DNA from: the human T2T-CHM13v2.0 reference genome, Homo sapiens
DNA length: 64,000 nt
NCBI RefSeq assembly: GCF_009914755.1
Contig: NC_060930.1
Strand: one strand, 5' to 3'
Shown here: one piece after another, positions 55,136-64,000 of the stretch
Position numbering within the stretch: position 1 is the first letter of the stretch
Layout: the number at the start of each line of letters is the position of its first letter
The notes under the pieces: generated by a model
Databases searched by the model: none
What the model was told of the DNA's origin: nothing
The model's input: only the letters and a program-made list of their open reading frames with translations
Program-made: the position numbers and the translations under genes

Positions 55136-57570
55136 GAAAGCTTAGCTTTGTATTGCAGGCGCCATTTACCCTTCAGGGTGACTTCTCTTATGACTTTTCT
55201 TATTCCAGACCCTTTTGCATTTTAAGCTGGATCTCTCACTGAATAAGGAGAGGGTTGCTTCAAAGGATTTTCAGACACCTTTGAACAGGCAGCAGAGATG
55301 CCTTTGCACATGGCCTTGGTGACTAGGATAGGATACACGGTGTTCCTAGATCCAGCCTGGAACTAGAGGCGATAGGCCGCCCTGAAAGGCCAATGGGCTT
55401 TCAAGGTGGACAGCCGTGGTTTTAAATCCTGGCCTTTTCCCCGCTATTACTAGAGCGACCATCAGACTTTTTTGACCTCAGTTTTGTCTCTTTAAAATGG
55501 AACAAGAATTATCTAACAGACAGAATTACATCTTTTAGATTGTCGTGAGGAAAGCGCTTCCCATAGTGCTGGGTAGACTGGGAGCGCTGGGAGCTGTGGC
55601 AGGCCAGCCGCCGCAGCACAGTGGTGAGATGCGCGGTCCACAGTCGTTCCCCCTTGGGAGTTGTTCTCCCCTGAGGAACAGAGGATAGGGACTCTGTCTG
55701 AGTGCCTGGAGAGGACCCCTTGCTCTGGCATTGAGTTTCTTCCAGCCCCGCCCCATGCAGGTGAGATCCCTACTCACAGCCTAGGGCGCACCCGAGCCGC
55801 CAGAGCACAGCCTCCTTTCCGGCTCATCACCTGCTTCCTGCGGGAGGAGAATACGCAACTCCTTCGCCATGCACATGCGCACAGGGTCTGCCGCGGGATG
55901 CCCTGTCTTTCCTGTAGATGGGGAATTGTTTGGGATTGTTACACAATCACAAACCAACACTGAATCCTACTGAAAAAGGACACAGGCTCTTTGAACTCTG
56001 CACTAGAACCTAAAACCAAATTCCTTTTAGACCTGTTCTAGGAGGACTACGTTAACCTGATAGCTGCTGACACAGGGCAGCATGCCTAAAGCTCCTAAGT
56101 TAGACTGGTAGGTACCGTTAATTATTCCTCGTTACATCACGCAGGTACACAGAGGGACGATGACATGTGCATCCTCTGCTCAGAATTGCTTCTGTGCTGC
56201 TGGTGACGATGGCTTCATGGGTCTTTACAGAATGTAGAGGAAGAGAACAGCAAAGATTTGCTGGGGTTTGCCACTGAATAGCAGCAAAGGCAAATCCCAA
56301 ATAACAGTGGATGTATTTCATTATCAGTAAAATGAAGGGGCTGGGCTAGGGCGGCTCCAAGATCCCTCTGGCTCAGAACGTTCCTTGATACTTTGATTCC
56401 ATCTATGTAACATAGCCTGAAAGTCTTAGCATGTTTTCTGAGATTATCCCAGTAGAATACCTTGTCTGCAAAAGGCTGAAATTTATTATTTGGGAATAAT
56501 AAATCAGAACAAAAAAAGATGTAGAGTCCACGGTATATTATTAGTTTTGAGTGTACTAATCCTTATTTTATGAGATTTAATTTTTGAAATGTTTACCTTT
56601 CCATTCAGACTATTGTCAGGAAAAAAAGCGTGATTTTTGTGTTCAGGGAAGAGGTAGGCAAGGGACTAATGAATATGTGCTTTGCCCTTGCTCTGATAAA
56701 TGCTGTAGTTATAAAAAGTCGTGGCAGGTTATGGGGGCCCTTTTGTTTACCATGATAAAATTAATACCTTACAAGTTTTCAAAGGAGTTTGTAAGACGTT
56801 ACAGATTTATTTTTAATATAATTTCAGAGTTGGAAAGCTAGACAGTTGGAAGTAGTGCTTGGAAAGCCTGATTCTTGATAAATTCATTATCAATAATACC
56901 ATGTGCAGAATAAAATTACAATTTCAGCAAAGAATATTCTTCCATAACATTTTATTATTACTGTGAAACTAATTAAACATTGTAATCTGCAAGTAATTAA
57001 AAATTTACCTGAAAATATACTATGAGCCCTGTTGACAGTACATGGAGCATTTTGTGCGATTATTTAATGTCTGCTATTTTTTCTTGGTTGCTCTATTAGG
57101 AAATTGTAGTCTATATGGTTTTATAAAAAGGAGGCAAATTATAGACTAATGGAGCTAGAAGACTCATTAAAAGATGATCTGCCCCTGGGAGATTGGGTGT
57201 CCTCTTTGAAAGGCTTCTGAGATGGAATGGAGACATTCCTGGGAGCCCCTCCTGGGTTTGGTACCGTGGAAATCCAGGTGACTGTCACTCTATTCACTAT
57301 TATGTGTCCCTGCGTTCCTTAAGCACATTTTCACAGATGTATTTTTCACATGCAGGGAATGCATACAAAGCAACTAGCACACTGCTTAATGATTACCAAG
57401 CGTTCAATGAAGAGAATCATTCTACTAGTATTATTCTTTGTGCATGGATTATTACAATACTCTAACTTTTTTAACTTTTCACTCAGAGGGATATTCCAAT
57501 GAGACTTTTTATTATAACTCCTCATTCACTTACCAGTGTGATTTCTTGCTACCACACGTACATTTCTTCT

Positions 57571-57820
57571 TTTTTAAAATTCTTATTTCCATAGGTTTTT
57601 GGGGAACAGGTGGTGTTTGGCTACATGAGTAAGGTCTTTAGTGGTGATTTGTGAGATTTTGGTGCACCCATCACCCAAGCAGTACACACTGAACCCAGTT
57701 CGTAGTCTGTTATTCCTGACCCCCTTCCCATGCTTTCCTCCTGAGTCCCCAAAGTCCACTGTGGCATTCTTATGCCTTTGCGTCCTCATAGCTTAGCTCC
57801 CACTTATGAATGAGAACATA
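57571..57820 (-). mobile_element. 5'-truncated L1PB1-like 3' end
   Basis: TTTTGGGGAACAGGTGGTGTTTGG.TACATGA.TAAG.TCTTTAGTGGTGATT...CCTCATAGCTTAGCTCCCACTTATGA. TSD TACATTTCTTCT at 57559-57570 and 57821-57832. Confidence 0.88.
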
Positions 57821-58786
57821 TACATTTCTTCTAAATGTGCTCTGGTTTATCCATATATTATTGGAAATAAAGCCACCACAACTGATATCTTACTTTATGA
57901 GTGTTTCTTATGGGGTAGAAATTTCTGATATAATAAAGGCCAAAGTTGTAACATATTTATTACCTTTACTTCAGCCAGACTCACAAAAATAGCTGCGTTG
58001 ATAGCTCTCTCCTGATCTCTAATCTCTTCCTTCCTCCCTCCTTCTCTTGTTTCTTTTCTTTCATGCATTGAAAATTGACTGGGGCACCATTTTCAATGCT
58101 GGAATATGACTGTGAACAAAAGTAAAGGCCTGTGGTATCATAGAATGTTAAGTTTTGGGAGTGGGAAATGACAATTAGTTATTTAATCAAGGAAAGGCAT
58201 AATTCCAAAAAATGTCAATTGCTATGAGAAAATTAAAACGAGGTGATGTGGGGGTGGTAACATACTCTAGATGGGTTAGTCAGAAAAGGCTTTGTAAACA
58301 TTGTAACTGTGCTCCTTTTAGGAATTTCTTAATATTTATCAATAAAAGTATGCAATCATACTTTTGTATTTTATTTTTATTAAGTTTGATAAATAGGTGA
58401 TGTTTATATAAGGCACATATATTTTATGAAGTTATAGTTTGAATGTGATTACCATTTTAAATAGCAAAGATCTGTTAGTTCTGGTACAAGGTATTTCCCC
58501 AAGGTCTTACAGAAATGTAAAGGGTTGATACTATTCTGAGTGCATATAAAACTTTTAAAACTGAAGAACATTGTTTAGCACTATACAAACTATAGCAATA
58601 ATTTAAGATCTGCCATAGTGGCCTTCTTCTGTGCCTCAGAGAACTTGGAAATCATCAGTAGCTTATGCTAACATAAAAATACATTAACCATGAGTTACAC
58701 ATTCTCATATATATGTTTTCAAATACCAGCAATCATTTCATTAAAAATAAAACAAGCACTTCCACTTATCTTAAAGACTACTTCTC

Positions 58787-59071
58787 GGCTGGGCGCGGTG
58801 GCTCACGCCTGTAATCCCAGCACTTTGGGAGGCCGAGGCGGGCGGATCACGAGGTCAGGAAATCGAGACCATCCTGGCTAACATGGTGAAACCCTGTCTC
58901 TACTAAAAATACAAAAAATTAGCTGGGCGTGGTAGCAGGCGCCTGTAGTCCCAGCTACTCGGGAGGCTGAGGCAGGAGAATGGCGTGAACCTGGGAGGCG
59001 GAGCTTGCAGTGAGCTGAGATGTGCCACTGCACTCCAGCCTGGGTGACAGAGCCAGACTCCGTCTCAAAAA

Positions 59072-59104
<33 letters not shown>

Positions 59105-59109
59105 AAACA
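58787..59109 (+). mobile_element. AluY with an A/(AAAAC)n tail
   Basis: ATCGAGACCATCCTGGCTAACA, GAATGGCGTGAACC and GGAGCTTGCAG diagnostics. TSD AAAGACTACTT(T)CTC at 58773-58786 and 59110-59124. Confidence 0.95.
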
Positions 59110-59231
59110 AAAGACTACTTTCTCAATAGAATATTTTAAATTCTTCCAAACACTGTAAGATATGTTTTAAGATTAACTACCATTTTTTAGCTGAATTAAT
59201 TTTGATTCTAACAATAACTACAAAATGTGAC

Positions 59232-59365
59232 ATTATGTTTTCCATCTTATAGATAAGGAGGCTCAAGAACAGAGAGGGAAGTTCAGAGCTTGCCAAAACC
59301 ACAGTCATGAGAGATTTTAAGGAGGTGGACTCATAGCCAGGGCTTCTAACTCCAGATGCCCTAAG
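59232..59365 (-). mobile_element. MIR fragment
   Basis: CCATCTTATAGATAAGGA...CAGAGAGGG.AAG...CTTGCCAAAACCACA...GGACTC..AGCCAGG.CTTCTAACTCCAGA. Confidence 0.65.
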
Positions 59366-60349
59366 TTCTCTATGAGAGCTCAGTGTCATTGGAAGACAGT
59401 AGACAGCGGTATTGTTAGGTTGACTAAAATCTGGAGGAAATTGGTCACTTGATAAATGTAATTTTAAAATATCTTCATTCTGTAAATAGATTAATACTTC
59501 TAAATAAATCTTATCTCTAGCAGTTGAGTATTAGAATGCTGTATTATAAACTTACGCCAACAAAAATTAATGATGTTGAATTGAGAAACAAGAAAGAAGA
59601 TATTTAAATGTATCATTACCCCACTTACTTTTGTCTATAAGAAATTGCTCATTTCCAGATTTTTCTTTCCTACTCAAGCCAGCCTTTTGGCTTTCTAAAA
59701 AATAAATACATAATTAGAAAATTAGAAATTAGAAACTTCCCTAAAAATTGTAATAAAACTTGTACAGATTATAGAAAACGTTCACAGGAAAGAAGAGGGA
59801 GGGAGGGAGGTAATTTCTATAATTGGATTATTTTTGTAAAACCTTTTCAAGAAAAATTGCAGGTCCAGACACCCACATTGTCCTAGCAACTACCTTGGTT
59901 CCCACCATCCCACCGCTGCTCAAGGCACCCCCACCTTTATTCTGAACTGAGTGATTTCCAAGCACAGTTTGCATAAAGAGACATGAATAGAGTTTCAGGG
60001 AATGAGCGCTCATAGGTAGTGCAATACTTTATTATCTCTTATAATTATACTGATTTTAGCTTCAAGGCCTGACTGATATCACTAGGTATCAGAATCTCAA
60101 TTTTATTAGTACATTAAAAAAATTACTCAGTTAAGAAGTAAAAGTTACAAAAACCAGTTTAATGTGTAATACAGCCATTTACAGTGCACATGTAAGCCTA
60201 ACCCAGATGCCAGAGATGAACGCTTAGCTTGGGCTTTCTGCCTAATATGTTTTTCCCTGGAACTACAGGTATTATTTATACGTATGAGATGTGGTTATCA
60301 AGAAATAAATAAGAATACTAAATTCCAAGAGTAGTTTGGTTTTTCTGTT

Positions 60350-60370
60350 TGTGTGTGTGTGTGTGTGTGT
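60350..60370. repeat. (TG)n microsatellite
   Basis: About ten TG units, directly visible. Confidence 0.9.
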
Positions 60371-61282
60371 TTAGGTAACTGGGGTACGTTTCTGGCTTGC
60401 CACATCTTCCTCAGTACCTACAATAGTGCCCTGTCCATCATAGATTCCTAATAAAATACAGATTGACTCATTAATGGTAGGTCACATGTCATTATTTTCT
60501 CAATTTTAGTGGTAGGAGTTATTTCTTTCTAAACCTTTACTTTCATTTACTCAACACATATGTGTCTGTCTTAGCACTGAATCTATTGCTGTAGGTCAGC
60601 AAGACATTTTAAAATTGTTCTTGAAAGAATGCTATGAAATTATGTAATCTGGTCAAAGTAGGAAAGCATAAAATTGGCAAAATGTCCAAAGCAAAGCCCA
60701 TACTGTAAAAATCATGTCCTGATGTCACTGGAAGTTGTTTTGGGCATGAAACCAGCAATGAAGCAAACCAGGATGACCCTCTTAGAGCCCAACTAGATCC
60801 TAAATGTCATTAAAGTCACTAAAGCACTTTACCACTAAATGTGGTAAAGATTCCTTTGGAAACTAGCTAGCTTGAAAAACCAATTCGGCACCAAAACTTT
60901 CAGTGACTCACATCTTATCATCAGGCCAGCTTAAAATTAATTTGATATGCTACCCTGACACTAGGCATGAAAAGAAAATAAGATTAGCCAGTACATTTTT
61001 GCCTACCATTCAGCAACAAATGGAAGAGCCAAATAACTGCGCATTCACTCTTAGATTCCTTGTAACTCAAGTTATCTTCTTTTCAATAAACGAAACCAAG
61101 CTACAAACAGATTTTATTGCTTACAAGTGAGCAGCGCTTCTGATTGTGCACTTCCATGTCAGACCTCACATTAACAATAGTGATTATTTCAGAAATGTGC
61201 ATAAACTCAATATTGGAATGAATTGTTTTACAATTGTTTTGTATTCCAAACCAGACAGATCAGGCAAAAACATGAGGGAGTT

Positions 61283-61320
61283 AAAAAAAAAAAAATATAT
61301 ATATATATATGTATATATAT
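61283..61320. repeat. (A)n(TA)n compound microsatellite
   Basis: Directly visible. Confidence 0.9.
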
Positions 61321-61865
61321 GCTCAGATGAAGGCTAGGGTATCAAATAGTTGAGTTTTTTTGTAACTTTACTTCCTCCCCTCCAAATTCTGAGATGGCTT
61401 AAAGAACTTTTATTAATAAGACAAACTATTTTAATCTTTCCCTTCAAACTTTAGCTGCCGATTTGCCTACCAGTTTGTGACTTGGAATGTCCTTATTTTT
61501 TTTATATCATTTAGGGTTTTGGGCTAGGGCTTAGGTGCCTGGATCCACACTCATCCATCTTCCTTCTTAGAGTGATAGCCAGGGGTCTGTTCACAGGAGG
61601 GCAAGAAACCAGTGGCAAACAGAATGCCAGCCAATTCACCAGACTGGGAAATGCCTAGTCAGCTTCAAAGCCAGATCTCCTGGGAGGTCGCAGATGGAAG
61701 CACGTGACCTGCACCACAAGGCTGTTTGCCTCTTTCCCTCAAATCTCTGCCTGATGGACACCCCCCAATGTGGCGATTAGATTTTATCACATCAGTGTGG
61801 GGGGAGGCCAGTCAGAATCATCCACAAGTACCAGGGCACAGAGAGAGGAAATGAGGCATGGCTCC

Positions 61866-62618
61866 TACATGCATAGACACACATGCATTCACACACTTAC
61901 ATATACATTCACACACTCGCACACACTTATTCCCACATCACACACAAAGTCACATTCATACGACTCGCACACATTCACACTCACATTCACATCATTCACA
62001 CAGATTCTCACACTCACACACCCATTAACACACTTACATAAACATTCACACAGTTACACATTCATATACACACACACATACACTCACACAGTCACATGCC
62101 TCCAGTCACACACATTTACACACATTCATACGCCCACATACATTCATACACATGTATGTATTCACACATATGTATATTCACACATGCTTTCACACTCACA
62201 CATGCATTCACACCCTCACACATTCATTCATGTGCTCACACACATTTGCACACTCACACATACATAGTCATGCACATTCACACGCAGACATTCACACACA
62301 GATGCACACACAGACATTCATACACATTCACACACACATCCACGCACATTCACACACACACATGCACACACAGACATGCACAGACATTCACACACAGACA
62401 TGCACACACAGTCATCCACACACATTCACACACACACATGCACACACAGACATGCACAGACATTCACACACAGACATGCACACACAGTCATGCACACACA
62501 TTCACACACATTCATACACAGACATTCACACACAGAAATTCACACACAGACATTCCCACACAGTCATGCACACACATTCACACACAGGCATTCATACACA
62601 GACATTCACACACACATG
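61866..62618. repeat. CA-rich low-complexity/tandem array (CACATT, CACACAGACATG and CACACAGACATT units)
   Basis: About 750 bp of degenerate (CA)n, which accounts for the His/Thr-rich ORFs at 61770-62848. Confidence 0.95.
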
Positions 62619-63578
62619 CTTCCTTCACCTGCACCATCTGTGTAGTATGGTGTTTAGACATCCTCCATCTTTTCTCGTTAAACATTTTAAAAACTCTTAG
62701 CCAAAAGTGGCTGAAAGAAATATCATCTTTATTATTCTGTAAGTTTTTGTTTCACATAGGTTGTACATTAACCACTTGTCCTTTTCCTCTAAGTAACATA
62801 CAGTCTATGTCCAAGGCTGGTTTTCCCCCAAAAATTCTGCTGCAATAATTGTGTCCTTGACTTGGGGTCACATTACAACATTAAATGCATGGAGTTATCA
62901 ACCTGGCATTCCACTAATGCTCCAAGTTTTATGTTTAAATAGTCTTCATTAGTTGTATTTCCAGGGAGGTCTTCTTCCTCCAGTATGATCTTCTAAATGC
63001 TTACTGACCATTCAGTCTTGGAAATAATTTTTCTTTCTATTTCCCTGGAGCTTGAACTCATGTGTCTATCTCCAGTTGTTCTACATCATGCTTGTCTGAA
63101 GTGAACAGAGATGAGAAGGAAAATGTTTATACATTTCCTTCCCTAGATAGAGCCGAAGATTACAAAAGGCCTCCCAGCTCTGTTCCTTCACCACCCCCTC
63201 CTCCATGCTAAAACCATGCATGCTTCCCGGGTATCACTGTTCTCATGTGGGTGCAGCCATCTGGAGGGTAGCGTTTCAATATTCATGGTCACCATCATAG
63301 GGGGTTCCTCTCCAAAGAAAGCAATGACAAGTGGAACCTCATTGTAGGTGGATTTGAGGGAGACTTTACACTACTGTGAAGCTTTCTTCTGACAAGGAGG
63401 AGGTCAAGAGTGGGAAGGGAGGCCAAGGCCACAAGATTCCACTGGAAACCATCACTCTCTTCCTGCTGTCCTCTAATAATACAGGAGAGAATATGGCATC
63501 AGCAACTGCCAGCAGGATCCCTGGGAGATCTTTTCTCTCTTTATTGTTTACATGATATCACTTTAATATTCAGGAGGC

Positions 63579-64000
63579 TTTGATTTGCATTTCTCTAATT
63601 ACCAGTGATGATGAGCTTTTCTTCATGTTTGATGGCCGCATAAATGCCTTCTTTTGAGAAGTGTCTGTTCATATCTTTTGCCCACTTTTTGTTGGGGTTG
63701 TTTGTTTCTTCTTGTAAATTTGTTTAAGTACCTTGTAGATTCTGGATATTAGTCCTTTGTCAGATGGATAGATTGCAAAAATTTTCTCCCATTCTGTAGG
63801 TTGCCTGTTCACTCTGATGATAGTTTCTTTTGCTGTGCAGAAGCTCTTTAGTTTAATTAAATCCCATTTGTCAACTTTGGCTTTTGTTGCCATTGCTTTT
63901 GGTGTTTTAGTCATGAAGTCTTTGCCCACACCTTTGTCCTGAATGGTATTGCCTAGGTTTTCCTCTAGGGATTTTATGGTTTTAAGTCTTACATTTAAGT
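63579..64000 (-). mobile_element. L1PA ORF2 segment running off the window edge, with no adjoining 3' end
   Basis: Translates to [52 protein letters not shown]1 homology stops abruptly at TTTGATTTGCATTTCTCT. Confidence 0.92.

Noticed and set aside
47598-59891. RFX X-box-like strings (GTTGCCTAAGAGCAAT at ~47599; ATTGTCCTAGCAAC at ~59877), attractive for a ciliary gene
   Set aside because: Imperfect matches far from the promoter, expected by chance at this window size.
61770-62848. His/Thr-rich ORFs of up to 250 aa
   Set aside because: Translation artefacts of CA-rich low-complexity DNA.

Overview
This is hominid (most likely human) genomic DNA from the PACRG locus, the gene that lies head-to-head with PRKN at 6q26. 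The only host coding sequence is one 135-bp, phase 0/0 internal exon on the + strand (1298-1432, [45 protein letters not shown]). The rest is intron. The dominant feature is a full-length, ~6.02-kb L1PA2-like LINE-1 antisense to PACRG (25749-31771, 14-bp TSD). It cannot retrotranspose: ORF1 has a +1 frameshift and ORF2 has two nonsense codons. It does keep a complete 5'UTR with the antisense promoter/ORF0 region pointing down the PACRG sense strand. The window also holds five Alus, several truncated L1s, L2/MIR relics, LTRs (THE1/MST, MLT1, MER21, MER31/MER39-like, ERVL-type), MER3 and Tigger3 fragments, and several tandem repeats. Apart from the L1-derived ORFs, the ORF track is essentially spurious. 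I see no wholly new biological system. The best leads are (i) a single substitution in the L1 that both truncates ORF0 and upgrades its second splice donor to perfect CAG|GTGAGT, with the antisense poly(A) signal intact (a candidate 'gene-breaking' cassette); (ii) the PACRG exon beginning with a donor-like GTGAGA (recursive-splicing architecture); (iii) a local ~170-bp templated duplication; and (iv) probable twin-priming L1 inversions. Repeat subfamily names and boundaries were assigned by eye from remembered consensus sequences and need RepeatMasker/Dfam confirmation.
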